From Lepidodermella squamata (lineage: Eukaryota > Animalia > Gastrotricha), in NCBI GenBank assembly GCA_047495785.1, contig JBLDXI010000004.1, positions 1,860,001 to 1,924,000 on the forward strand: a stretch of 64,000 nt of DNA, given 5' to 3'. The notes under the pieces are model-generated. The model saw only the letters and a program-made list of their open reading frames with translations. It made no database searches and had not been told where the DNA came from. Below, piece by piece: positions 11,702 through 25,054 of the stretch (positions are counted from its first letter, which is position 1; every line of letters starts with the position of its first letter). Made by a program: the position numbers and the translations under genes.

Positions 11702-11817
11702 CAGGGCGTTCGCGTAATAATACTCTGGGTGAGCTAAAAATAGCTACAAAAAAGCTCAAATGAATGCAAAAAGTAGCAAAGCTATTTTTAGAAGAGTATT
11801 ATTACGCGAACACCCTG
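11702..11817. mobile_element. Tc1/mariner-type MITE, 116 bp, copy 1
   Basis: TA|CAGGGCGTTCGCGTAATAATACTCT ... AGAGTATTATTACGCGAACACCCTG|TA: 25-bp TIR with one mismatch, TA flanks, internal inverted AAAAATAGCT/AGCTATTTTT. Confidence 0.85.
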
Positions 11818-13490
11818 TATATTGTATTAATTGGTTCGAAGTTAGCGGCCTGCGTGCCCTTTTGAAACCACGAATCTTTTGTATCGATTTTTTATACCTA
11901 AGAATATTTTTCGAAATAAAGATAATAATAATAATAATAATAATTTTCAAAAATGTTTGGATTCAAAGCCGCGAATAGTTTTTGATGGATTGTAGTATAA
12001 TAAGCGTACGTTTCAAGCGTTAAGCGATTTTATCGACATTCACAACAAACCAAGTCAACTTATGATGCATGAATCAGGTCACCTAATTCAAAAAGGAACA
12101 TGCAGCTGGTATTCTACATTAAAAATTCTACAATTCTAAAATAAAAAAATGAGCTTTTATATGAGGGCTCCATTCGATAGGTTGGCGTACACGCCCTCAT
12201 CGATTCACGACGTGACAAATGATCGCATTAGCCCTAAATGACAAACGATATTATTTGGGTCCAGGCCGGTAACCAAATTATTGCAAGTGATCTTACATAA
12301 GGCAGCGAAAGATGTCTTCGCACTCAGCCGGGGTAAAAGCTGACATCACATTTACAGCTGCTAAGCAACGCCCAACGCTACGGCGAGCGAACTCTTGCCG
12401 CAGAACTCGATATTGCTAAATATATCGAATACATCGCTCATTTAACGGCTACAGACAAAATCGCGACAGAACTGGAAAAACGCTGCCCAGCGTGGCATAT
12501 CAGACAGCTACTAAAGCCCGACTACCGCCTCCGATTCGACACCAGAGATTGGCTGATCATTGAATAAACGACATAAAAACGATCAAAACAAACACTAAAC
12601 ATCAACCATGATCTCTTGTTTATAAGCTTTACATTATACACACTGTCTACTTACACAAAAATTTTATATCTATGAAATGTTATTGTACCCCCTGAATCAT
12701 CGTGGCATCAAGTTATCGCGCCGAGAGCGCTGCGAGGCGTATGGCTGAAAAATAAAATCTCGATATGCCAAGCACTGGAGAGCGCGAGGAGCAAGGGGAG
12801 GGAAGGGGGGGGGGGGGAGCAGGCAAAAGCAGAAACGTCCTTATAAAACCACAGGGGGGACCCTTTGGTCGTAAAATTGGGCCCCGAAAATACCCCCTAG
12901 TTCGAGGATCCTACTTCGCGCACTGGCTTGACCTGAATGAAGCAAGAAAATAGCAACTTGGGCAATAAAACTGTAATAGCGCGGTGCGTGAATGTTTGTT
13001 TCGTGTATCTGAACTCGCCGCAGTCGATTTACTCATCTTCGACTCGTTCCGATTAGTAAATCCCGGCATTCCGTCAGATACAGACTTTTTTCGCGTTCAA
13101 TATCATGCAATTAGAATATTAACTTACGCCATTATCGTATTCCAGCTATATCATTCGGCGTTTGAATTATAGTTATAGTTATAATTTGCATAATTATAAT
13201 TTCCCTCGCAATTCCCCACAATTATAATTAGGTTATAATTAGCAAATAGTTGTAATTTGCTGTGAATCTAGCGGCTCTGCCCATTTATCGAAACTACTAT
13301 CTCTCGCCTACAATTACCGGATGACTCTAAAATTGTATATATATATCCGCCTATTCCTTCTACCTAATCTTGACTAATCTTGACTAACTATATCGGCAAT
13401 ATTAATAAAAATGTGAATAAAAATTACTCTGAGCATCACTCTGGAAAAAACTACCTCATTCTTCTAAAACGCCGCACGAACAACGTCACG

Positions 13491-13748
13491 ATGTACCAGG
13501 CTGTATCGGCCCAGTTGAAGCCAGCAGCTGCAGTCGTGTTGCCAGGCGGGGCTTGGATCTTGGATCTCAGCTGATATCGAGGACCGCGGCTTCAACGGCT
13601 CGAGGCCGTATCTCATCGGTTTTTATCACGACCTGAGCAGACAGTCGATCGGCGAACGGCTTCCCTACCCGCTGACCGTAGTCATACTGGCCGTGTTGGC
13701 GGTCGCAGCCAGCATCGCCAACTTAGCCGTCTATTACAGACGCGGGGT
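13491..13748 (+). pseudogene. GPCR paralog F exon-1 fragment, copy 1
   Basis: MYQAVSAQLKPAAAVVLPGGAWI, then a 7-bp duplication (cttggatcttggatct, 13552-13567) shifts the frame; homology resumes as ADIEDRGFNGSRPYLIGFYHDL...ASIANLAVYYRRG and stops ~13748. Confidence 0.85.
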
Positions 13749-15070
13749 AGCCTTCACGCGTTGGTTAGTTTACTAACTGACAGCCACTTGAGAGACATTT
13801 TCAGGTTCGGTCTCGGTATGCAAGTGGCCGTCATCTCTTGCCTTGTCGGGGCCCCTGTGCTTAAGATGTTCACAACATCGAACTAAATGGAGATGGGTGA
13901 GTGGAGGCAACACAGGACGGGAGCAATCCTATCTGACTCACCTTCCGGCGTTTCTACCTGTTCCTCACGTCTCAAGAGGAACAGTCCAACAACACGGCAG
14001 CCTGCAGAAATAGGTTTTGCATTCGTGAGTGAATTTTGGTATTCAAGGATGATAAGGATGATAAATAAGGACATTAGGCTGAGCCGCAGGAAAGACTAGT
14101 TTTGATTTCCAGATTGTTCTTGTGATGCAATTTTGGCGTCACTAATCACTATGCTTTGAAACACTGAATGAAATGCCACTACACCTTTCCTGTCCCAAAT
14201 CTCAACTTGTCCTGCAATTATATGCTGTTTTGCCTAACATTGTCAAGCTGCCCCCTGTTGGGCGTATGAGCTTTCAAATGAATAAATAAATAAACTACCA
14301 ATGAATCAAAATAATAAAACAGTTATGAAGGAATTTTCGCAGCATCATTTCTCGAAATGTTTATATACCAATTGTTACAGCAAATCAGCAAGGAATATCG
14401 GTAATTAAAAATTCGAAATGTGATTTTTCGAATCAAGTAGCAAAATAAGCTGGGAAATACAAATGCTGCGTTGAAAACGACCTTGATTAGGCTATCCCTT
14501 TTCCTGTACACGTCCTTTCACATCCGCTTGGAATCATGAGCTTGGATTTGCGGCTTGAGTTTACACGGGAGCCAGCAACGCCACACAACAAAAGGCGCAG
14601 TGATCATACGCTTATCGTTCTCGCATAGTGACGCCGAAATTGCGTCGCAATAAAAAATCTAACAATAGAGCAGCCCGCAGGAATAAGTCTTACTGGCTGA
14701 ATTTTTGTATTCGAGTATGGTGTGGTAAATGAGGACAGCAGGCGAAAAATGAGCCAGTTTTGCTGCAAGAACGACGAGTTTTGATTTTCTGATTTTTCTT
14801 GAGACGCAATTTAGGCGTCACAATGCGTGCATACCGAGAAAGAATGCATGACGCTCGTCCGGAGGGGCGGATGCCGCCCACGGGAAGCTTCCCGGCATTT
14901 CAAATAACGTACCAGCGGAGTTCAAAACATTAACCGGGAAAATGAGATGATGCATTAATTAATGTAAATCTCGGGAGGACAATCCGAGCGGAAACGTGGA
15001 GATGAAACGCTTCATCAAAAACACTCAGAAAATCATCTGTCTACAGCATTTTCACGCATCGCACTTCAAT

Positions 15071-16813
15071 ATGTCGAACGTCACGATGACAGCTTCTTTG
15101 ATTCCGTTCACGAGATCGTGGATTCTTGCGGATTTACCCGACCGTGGCTTCAATGGTTCGCGGCCGTACTTTATCGGATGGCTGCACGACTTGAGCAGTC
15201 AATCGATTGAAGACCGTCTCCCGTACACCCTAGCCATCGTGATGATGAGCATTCTTGGAAGTCTAGCCAGTTTGGCGAATATCGTAATCTACTACCGCCG
15301 CAACGTGAAACGAGACTTTTTAATGCTGTGCTCCATTGTGGCTGTTAGAAACGTTGTGTGGTGTGCCAACTGGTCCTACGCCGTGTTGGTGCCTTTGCGA
15401 ACTGGCTTCTGGGAGGCAGGCCCAGCAGAGTGCTCGGCTGCTTTCACAATCCTGGCTGTCTTAGGCGGGTTCGGCTGTTTCGCAAACATGCTCATCAGCT
15501 ACGAGAGACGGCTGTGTGTCTGCTCGATGTCCTTTCACCGGCCAAGCTCAGTAAAAGTAAGTCAAGGAATAAAAATTGTCCTCAGCTAGCTATCAAACGC
15601 ACTGTTAAATGACGATTGACGTACAGCAAGACTATGTGGCATATTTTCATATTTTTTTTTTAAATGACGTATCATCTCGAGAAATTTCCTATACCGGAGC
15701 ACATTAAGGTCCTAGATAAGCCGCTCTGCTACGCGGAACAATAATTTTGACCTCCTGTGCATTTCCGGTTATGAAACTCAGCAAAAATAGTGTATATGTT
15801 TCCTTTCTATTATTCATACATCAATTCAAACATGGTTTAACATTAGGTAGATGATAATGTAATTTCTAAAAATCCTATTCTAGCTCATGTCCCTCTCAGC
15901 TGGTCTCTTGCTGATCTGCTGCGGCGTCGCAGTGATTTTAAACTTCGCGCCATATCAATCGCAAGCCCTAGAACGATTGGTCATCGATGGCATCAACAAC
16001 AATACCGCTGTGCCGTTGTGTGGCTCTTTCCAATACAGGTTCATCGGCGAGTCGGACACCGCAGTCCTCAATGTGGCGTACTTCTTCATCGCAGTGCAAA
16101 CATCTTCCCTCGGATTGGCCTACAATTACTGGTGAGTCATTTCACTGGCAACTGGTGAGCAAATCACTGCAACTTAGACGAATTATCTTTTGTTGGCCCG
16201 GTCCATAAATTTGGGCCGAATTAATGCACGATAGTTTATTAAGAAAATGATATGTAGCCTCCAGCGTAGCACTCATATAGTCAAAGTTTCAAGTAGCTAA
16301 CTGCACCTTCAGAATCTAGAAAGTAGAATTAGAATTAAGTCCTTTCCACAATTGCCCTTCACGAAAAGGTTAAACTATGTAACACTGCATCGTGATTTTA
16401 GGAAGATGTTCGCCCAGATACGATCTGTTCGCCTCGGATGGCAAGATCACCAGTCGAATGTTGAAAAGTCGAAAATCCAGGAAAACTGGCGGCAACGTGA
16501 AGTTTTCTTCGCCAAGCAGTCAATCGCTGCATTCGTGGCCTACAACGCAGCCCACCTACCGCTGGCTGTACATTTCGCCTTTCAGCTAGGCTACGTCGAT
16601 CTCGGGCCGCGATTTGCCTCTGGCAACCTCATGAAGTACGGCATCGTGTGCGTGCTCATCGAGATGGTCGTGTCTTCGGTGATCAAATCGCTGAAGCCTG
16701 GCTTCACGCGCAACCTGCCGTGGTCGCGCCGAAACAACTTGGTGACTGTCCACGTGGTTCAAACTAGTCCGTGTATTACTCGCAAAACACCGACCATTGT
16801 AAAAAACTGTTGA
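15071..16813 (+). CDS. GPCR paralog G, copy 1 (381 aa)
   Basis: Exons 15071-15556, 15884-16131, 16402-16813; open joined frame. Confidence 0.9.
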
Positions 16814-17986
16814 TTATATTTTGGTGCAAAATGTTCACGAGAAACTTGCCGTGTTCGCGCCGCAGTACCCAGGTGAGTGATGCCGTCACGGTCCGTGTGC
16901 TAGTCTAAAATCTGTAAACAAATGATGTTCCGAGTCTAAAACAAATGTTGGCTGATTTGTTGAAACGTGAAACTAGGTGAAGAGGAAATAAATAACAATA
17001 ATAATTTAGTTTATGATCATAAAAATCGTGCATGATCCTGTCTTTCCGAATAATAAAAACTCTATTGCTATCTTACTATTTCTTAACGAGCTGGCATTTA
17101 ATAACGTTTGAGCGTATTTTTCTAATAAGACAATACAAAATACAAATCATAAATGTAGATGGTTCTCAAACTATCCTCTCGCTCCCGATCAAAAGTTGTG
17201 GCTAGCAAATGGTCTTTCTGAGCCCTGAACTGGCCTCTTGCAATAGTAAAATGAAGCCTTACCGGCCGCGAATACCGGTAAAAAAGAAAAACGTAGAAAC
17301 AATTATTTCCCAGAATATTCCCGAGTACCGCAGCGGATGGTAGGGATCATTCGAACAAGTTCACTCGGCCCGTGTCTCGGCACTCCGAAGACCCGGCCAA
17401 AGGCAAAAGGCTCGGTACACCATATGACGATTTCCATCATCCTTACCAGTTCTGCGGTCCTAGTACGTTTGATGGTGAAATAACCTGGTCGATTTCAAGA
17501 AATGGCTTTCAAAAAAATCAAATTTTGCATGTAAGTGTGCTATCCAAGGTTGTCGAACAATTCGGCAAATAAAATTAAGGATAAATTCATTAATTTTTTG
17601 TTTCAATGTAGCATCGTGAGTGTGCACTCCGATCACTACGTTCTCTATGCTTAAAACAATTCAGATGTTATGTGAAATGTGGATGAAGCGTCGATATCTA
17701 GGCCAAATAAGCCCGACAAATATGTCATATTAATCAGTTTTTATGTGTACCAATATATGTAGCAGAGCCGACATATAGCGATACAGAAAATGGCGGATTG
17801 ACACGTTTTTTTACTTCCGCTTCTGACTCGTAATTCGATCCCATATGTGGCGTAGAATCAAAGCTGGGATACTGTGGCTGAGCTCGAACGGAAGCCGGTA
17901 AAGCATCATCCACCCATTCAGGAGTGGACGCAGGGCTCATGGGAAGTTATAGACAATCCCTTCAGTAACATTGAAGCCATTCAGAA

Positions 17987-19469
17987 ATGACGAATGCTTC
18001 AGCGTCCTTGATCCCGTTCACAAGCTCGTGGATTCTCGCCGATTTGCCTGACCGTGGCTTCAATGGCTCGAGGCCATACTTCATCGGCTGGTTCCACGAC
18101 TTGAGCGCTCAATCGATCGAAGACCGGCTCCCGTACACGCTAACTGTTTTAATAATGGCGATTCTCGGAAGTCTGGCCAGCATCGCGAACGTCGTAATCT
18201 ACCACCGCCGCAATGTTAAAAGAGACTTTCTGATGCTGTGCTCTCTGGTTGCGATTAGGAATGTTTTGTGGTGCGCAAACTGGTCCTACGCTGTGCTGGT
18301 ACCTTTGAGGACCGGCTTCTGGGAGGCAGGCGCGGCAGCTTGCTCTGCTGTTTACTGGAACACGGCTACACTAGGCGGCTTGGGCTGTTTCGCGAACATG
18401 CTCATCAGTTACGAGAGGCGGCTGTGCGCATGCTCAACATCGATATACCGCTCAAGTGCATTGAAAGTAAGCTCATCAAACCATCTAGTTTTGCTAGACC
18501 GTTCGTTGTTTCTTTACGCGTTTAACAACCGAAATAACAGTCTGACTACGTCCCACGTAAGACTGTCTTCCTTACTACACTTCTAAATTGACATGATTTT
18601 GATAAAGAAAAGATCGTAGAGTAAAATTAGAGTTTATGTGTTTGCTGCAGTGTATAGTCCGAAAATTCTGGCTCACCCATAGATCGATACTAAACTTTAA
18701 ACTTGATTGAACAGCTTCTTCTGCTAGCTGGTGGGTTCTTGTTACTATGCGGCGGCTGTGCGGTTGTATTCGTATTCGAGCCATACGAAGCGCTGTCCTA
18801 TCAACGCCTAATCATCGATGGGATAGCGAACAACACGGCTGTGCCTTTATGTGGGTCTTTCGAATACAAATTCATCGGCGAGGCAGATACTGTCGTGCTG
18901 ATCATGGCGTACTACCTCTTCGCAGTTCAAGCTTCGTCTGTCGGCCTGGCCTACAACTACTGGTAGGTTTCGCAGTGTTGATATCAGTTTTCTATCAGCC
19001 GGTCGTAATTTACAGGAGAATGTTTGCCCAAATCCGAGCTGTGCGCTTGAGATGGCGAGAGACGTCGACTATCGAGGAGAAATGGCAAAAGCGTGAAGTT
19101 TTCATCGCCAAGCAGTCAATCGCTGCTTTCTTAGTGTACAACGCATTCCACCTACCACTGGCTGTTCATTTCGCTCTTCAGCTAGGCTACGTCGATCTCG
19201 GGCCGCGATTCGCATCCGGCAACCTCATGAAGTACGGTCACGTGTGTTTGCTGGTCGAGATGGTCGTTTCATCAGTCATCAGATCGCTGAAGCCAGGCTT
19301 CACGCGCAGTTTGCTGTGTCTTGGCTACTCCCGTCGCGTCAAAATTGCGCCGTCCAGTGGCAATAACAGTAGCACTGGTCAGACCGCAGCGGCGGTGGTT
19401 CAGGCACACGCTACCCGTGAACAGGATTGGTTTAAAAGGATCAAAGTGCTGATATTCGGTCGAAAGTGA
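17987..19469 (+). CDS. GPCR paralog H, copy 1 (393 aa)
   Basis: Exons 17987-18466, 18715-18962, 19016-19469; open joined frame. Confidence 0.9.
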
Positions 19470-19947
19470 GGTCGAAGAGTTGCCTAAGTGATGGTTGACA
19501 TTTAAAAATTGGTTCAAGTTTAAGCTGGGCAATCATATCCAGGCCAGTTTGACATTATCTATGAAACAGTTGTGCAAATGGTTTCACTGCGATGCTCGAT
19601 TTCGCGGCATTTGAACAATTTAAATGGCATCAGGTTAGTGCTCCCATTTCAACCTAAATGGATAAGCCTCTTCAACGACACTTCGGCGTCTTTCCTATCT
19701 TTTCACTTGGATGCAGTCTCCGCAGGTTTTAATTTTGAAAATTCAAAATTTTCCATGAAAAGTGGATGAGAATCAATAGTAAGAATCCGAGAATCGCCCT
19801 TTCAAATCAACCCACTTTTTGCTTTCCGCAGGAAAGGATTATACAACATACGCCGCACTTCATAATAATTCAAAATCTGATCAAATCTGATTTTTCTGAT
19901 CTAACTCTAACACCTTATTCTATCTGTCGCACAACTCAAAATAATTA

Positions 19948-20063
19948 CAGGGCGTTCGCGTAATAATACTCTGGGTGAGCTAAAAATAGCTACAAAAAAG
20001 CTCAAATGAATGCAAAAAGTAGCAAAGCTATTTTTAGAAGAGTATTATTACGCGAACACCCTG
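19948..20063. mobile_element. Tc1/mariner-type MITE, copy 2 (carried by the 8.2-kb duplication)
   Basis: Same sequence and flanks as 11702-11817. Confidence 0.85.
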
Positions 20064-21740
20064 TATATTGTATTAATTGGTTCGAAGTTAGCGGCCTGCG
20101 TGCCCTTTTGAAACCACGAATCTTTTGTATCGATTTTTTATACCTAAGAATATTTTTCGAAATAAAGATAATAATAATAATAATAATAATAATTTTCAAA
20201 AATGTTTGGATTCAAAGCCGCGAATAGTTTTTGATGGATTGTAGTATAATAAGCGTACGTTTCAAGCGTTAAGCGATTTTATCGACATTCACAACAAACC
20301 AAGTCAACTTATGATGCATGAATCAGGTCACCTAATTCAAAAAGGAACATGCAGCTGGTATTCTACATTAAAAATTCTACAATTCTAAAATAAAAAAATG
20401 AGCTTTTATATGAGGGCTCCATTCGATAGGTTGGCGTACACGCCCTCATCGATTCACGACGTGACAAATGATCGCATTAGCCCTAAATGACAAACGATAT
20501 TATTTGGGTCCAGGCCGGTAACCAAATTATTGCAAGTGATCTTACATAAGGCAGCGAAAGATGTCTTCGCACTCAGCCGGGGTAAAAGCTGACATCACAT
20601 TTACAGCTGCTAAGCAACGCCCAACGCTACGGCGAGCGAACTCTTGCCGCAGAACTCGATATTGCTAAATATATCGAATACATCGCTCATTTAACGGCTA
20701 CAGACAAAATCGCGACAGAACTGGAAAAACGCTGCCCAGCGTGGCATATCAGACAGCTACTAAAGCCCGACTACCGCCTCCGATTCGACACCAGAGATTG
20801 GCTGATCATTGAATAAACGACATAAAAACGATCAAAACAAACACTAAACATCAACCATGATCTCTTGTTTATAAGCTTTACATTATACACACTGTCTACT
20901 TACACAAAAATTTTATATCTATGAAATGTTATTGTACCCCCTGAATCATCGTGGCATCAAGTTATCGCGCCGAGAGCGCTGCGAGGCGTATGGCTGAAAA
21001 ATAAAATCTCGATATGCCAAGCACTGGAGAGCGCGAGGAGCAAGGGGAGGGAAGGGGGGGGGGGGGGAGCAGGCAAAAGCAGAAACGTCCTTATAAAACC
21101 ACAGGGGGGACCCTTTGGTCGTAAAATTGGGCCCCGAAAATACCCCCTAGTTCGAGGATCCTACTTCGCGCACTGGCTTGACCTGAATGAAGCAAGAAAA
21201 TAGCAACTTGGGCAATAAAACTGTAATAGCGCGGTGCGTGAATGTTTGTTTCGTGTATCTGAACTCGCCGCAGTCGATTTACTCATCTTCGACTCGTTCC
21301 GATTAGTAAATCCCGGCATTCCGTCAGATACAGACTTTTTTCGCGTTCAATATCATGCAATTAGAATATTAACTTACGCCATTATCGTATTCCAGCTATA
21401 TCATTCGGCGTTTGAATTATAGTTATAGTTATAATTTGCATAATTATAATTTCCCTCGCAATTCCCCACAATTATAATTAGGTTATAATTAGCAAATAGT
21501 TGTAATTTGCTGTGAATCTAGCGGCTCTGCCCATTTATCGAAACTACTATCTCTCGCCTACAATTACCGGATGACTCTAAAATTGTATATATATATCCGC
21601 CTATTCCTTCTACCTAATCTTGACTAATCTTGACTAACTATATCGGCAATATTAATAAAAATGTGAATAAAAATTACTCTGAGCATCACTCTGGAAAAAA
21701 CTACCTCATTCTTCTAAAACGCCGCACGAACAACGTCACG

Positions 21741-21998
21741 ATGTACCAGGCTGTATCGGCCCAGTTGAAGCCAGCAGCTGCAGTCGTGTTGCCAGGCGGG
21801 GCTTGGATCTTGGATCTCAGCTGATATCGAGGACCGCGGCTTCAACGGCTCGAGGCCGTATCTCATCGGTTTTTATCACGACCTGAGCAGACAGTCGATC
21901 GGCGAACGGCTTCCCTACCCGCTGACCGTAGTCATACTGGCCGTGTTGGCGGTCGCAGCCAGCATCGCCAACTTAGCCGTCTATTACAGACGCGGGGT
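21741..21998 (+). pseudogene. GPCR paralog F fragment, copy 2
   Basis: Same sequence and 7-bp frameshift as 13491-13748 (offset 8250). Confidence 0.85.
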
Positions 21999-23311
21999 AG
22001 CCTTCACGCGTTGGTTAGTTTACTAACTGACAGCCACTTGAGAGACATTTTCAGGTTCGGTCTCGGTATGCAAGTGGCCGTCATCTCTTGCCTTGTCGGG
22101 GCCCCTGTGCTTAAGATGTTCACAACATCGAACTAAATGGAGATGGGTGAGTGGAGGCAACACAGGACGGGAGCAATCCTATCTGACTCACCTTCCGGCG
22201 TTTCTACCTGTTCCTCACGTCTCAAGAGGAACAGTCCAACAACACGGCAGCCTGCAGAAATAGGTTTTGCATTCGTGAGTGAATTTTGGTATTCAAGGAT
22301 GATAAGGATGATAAATAAGGACATTAGGCTGAGCCGCAGGAAAGACTAGTTTTGATTTCCAGATTGTTCTTGTGATGCAATTTTGGCGTCACTAATCACT
22401 ATGCTTTGAAACACTGAATGAAATGCCACTACACCTTTCCTGTCCCAAATCTCAACTTGTCCTGCAATTATATGCTGTTTTGCCTAACATTGTCAAGCTG
22501 CCCCCTGTTGGGCGTATGAGCTTTAAATAAATAAACTACCAATGAATCAAAATAATAAAACAGTTATGAAGGAATTTTCGCAGCATCATTTCTCGAAATG
22601 TTTATATACCAATTGTTACAGCAAATCAGCAAGGAATATCGGTAATTAAAAATTCGAAATGTGATTTTTCGAATCAAGTAGCAAAATAAGCTGGGAAATA
22701 CAAATGCTGCGTTGAAAACGACCTTGATTAGGCTATCCCTTTTCCTGTACACGTCCTTTCACATCCGCTTGGAATCATGAGCTTGGATTTGCGGCTTGAG
22801 TTTACACGGGAGCCAGCAACGCCACACAACAAAAGGCGCAGTGATCATACGCTTATCGTTCTCGCATAGTGACGCCGAAATTGCGTCGCAATAAAAAATC
22901 TAACAATAGAGCAGCCCGCAGGAATAAGTCTTACTGGCTGAATTTTTGTATTCGAGTATGGTGTGGTAAATGAGGACAGCAGGCGAAAAATGAGCCAGTT
23001 TTGCTGCAAGAACGACGAGTTTTGATTTTCTGATTTTTCTTGAGACGCAATTTAGGCGTCACAATGCGTGCATACCGAGAAAGAATGCATGACGCTCGTC
23101 CGGAGGGGCGGATGCCGCCCACGGGAAGCTTCCCGGCATTTCAAATAACGTACCAGCGGAGTTCAAAACATTAACCGGGAAAATGAGATGATGCATTAAT
23201 TAATGTAAATCTCGGGAGGACAATCCGAGCGGAAACGTGGAGATGAAACGCTTCATCAAAAACACTCAGAAAATCATCTGTCTACAGCATTTTCACGCAT
23301 CGCACTTCAAT

Positions 23312-25054
23312 ATGTCGAACGTCACGATGACAGCTTCTTTGATTCCGTTCACGAGATCGTGGATTCTTGCGGATTTACCCGACCGTGGCTTCAATGGTTC
23401 GCGGCCGTACTTTATCGGATGGCTGCACGACTTGAGCAGTCAATCGATTGAAGACCGTCTCCCGTACACCCTAGCCATCGTGATGATGAGCATTCTTGGA
23501 AGTCTAGCCAGTTTGGCGAATATCGTAATCTACTACCGCCGCAACGTGAAACGAGACTTTTTAATGCTGTGCTCCATTGTGGCTGTTAGAAACGTTGTGT
23601 GGTGTGCCAACTGGTCCTACGCCGTGTTGGTGCCTTTGCGAACTGGCTTCTGGGAGGCAGGCCCAGCAGAGTGCTCGGCTGCTTTCACAATCCTGGCTGT
23701 CTTAGGCGGGTTCGGCTGTTTCGCAAACATGCTCATCAGCTACGAGAGACGGCTGTGTGTCTGCTCGATGTCCTTTCACCGGCCAAGCTCAGTAAAAGTA
23801 AGTCAAGGAATAAAAATTGTCCTCAGCTAGCTATCAAACGCACTGTTAAATGACGATTGACGTACAGCAAGACTATGTGGCATATTTTCATATTTTTTTT
23901 TTAAATGACGTATCATCTCGAGAAATTTCCTATACCGGAGCACATTAAGGTCCTAGATAAGCCGCTCTGCTACGCGGAACAATAATTTTGACCTCCTGTG
24001 CATTTCCGGTTATGAAACTCAGCAAAAATAGTGTATATGTTTCCTTTCTATTATTCATACATCAATTCAAACATGGTTTAACATTAGGTAGATGATAATG
24101 TAATTTCTAAAAATCCTATTCTAGCTCATGTCCCTCTCAGCTGGTCTCTTGCTGATCTGCTGCGGCGTCGCAGTGATTTTAAACTTCGCGCCATATCAAT
24201 CGCAAGCCCTAGAACGATTGGTCATCGATGGCATCAACAACAATACCGCTGTGCCGTTGTGTGGCTCTTTCCAATACAGGTTCATCGGCGAGTCGGACAC
24301 CGCAGTCCTCAATGTGGCGTACTTCTTCATCGCAGTGCAAACATCTTCCCTCGGATTGGCCTACAATTACTGGTGAGTCATTTCACTGGCAACTGGTGAG
24401 CAAATCACTGCAACTTAGACGAATTATCTTTTGTTGGCCCGGTCCATAAATTTGGGCCGAATTAATGCACGATAGTTTATTAAGAAAATGATATGTAGCC
24501 TCCAGCGTAGCACTCATATAGTCAAAGTTTCAAGTAGCTAACTGCACCTTCAGAATCTAGAAAGTAGAATTAGAATTAAGTCCTTTCCACAATTGCCCTT
24601 CACGAAAAGGTTAAACTATGTAACACTGCATCGTGATTTTAGGAAGATGTTCGCCCAGATACGATCTGTTCGCCTCGGATGGCAAGATCACCAGTCGAAT
24701 GTTGAAAAGTCGAAAATCCAGGAAAACTGGCGGCAACGTGAAGTTTTCTTCGCCAAGCAGTCAATCGCTGCATTCGTGGCCTACAACGCAGCCCACCTAC
24801 CGCTGGCTGTACATTTCGCCTTTCAGCTAGGCTACGTCGATCTCGGGCCGCGATTTGCCTCTGGCAACCTCATGAAGTACGGCATCGTGTGCGTGCTCAT
24901 CGAGATGGTCGTGTCTTCGGTGATCAAATCGCTGAAGCCTGGCTTCACGCGCAACCTGCCGTGGTCGCGCCGAAACAACTTGGTGACTGTCCACGTGGTT
25001 CAAACTAGTCCGTGTATTACTCGCAAAACACCGACCATTGTAAAAAACTGTTGA
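23312..25054 (+). CDS. GPCR paralog G, copy 2
   Basis: Exons 23312-23797, 24125-24372, 24643-25054; ORF translations identical to copy 1 (offset 8241). Confidence 0.9.

Larger units (their letters stand above)
11347..19587 (+). repeat. 8.2-kb tandem duplication, copy 1 (F-G-H block)
   Basis: Matches 19593-27828 and 43293-51537. Confidence 0.95.

Noticed and set aside
11756-11978. Poly-Ile ORFs on both strands
   Set aside because: Translation of an (ATA)n microsatellite next to a MITE; the repeat number differs between duplicate copies.
14996-15070. N-terminal extensions of G (from 14996) and L (from 34534) suggested by the ORF track
   Set aside because: Paralogs start at the downstream Met followed by an N-glycosylation sequon (MSNVT, MNDT); the G extension begins at GTG and neither extension is conserved as protein.
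16402-16813. Opsin identity (TM5/TM6 spacing and REVxxAK look opsin-like; conserved TM7 Lys)
   Set aside because: Anchoring on the helix-8 Phe puts a hydrophobic residue at the K296/7.43 position; the conserved Lys is 6-7 residues earlier and NPxxY is absent.
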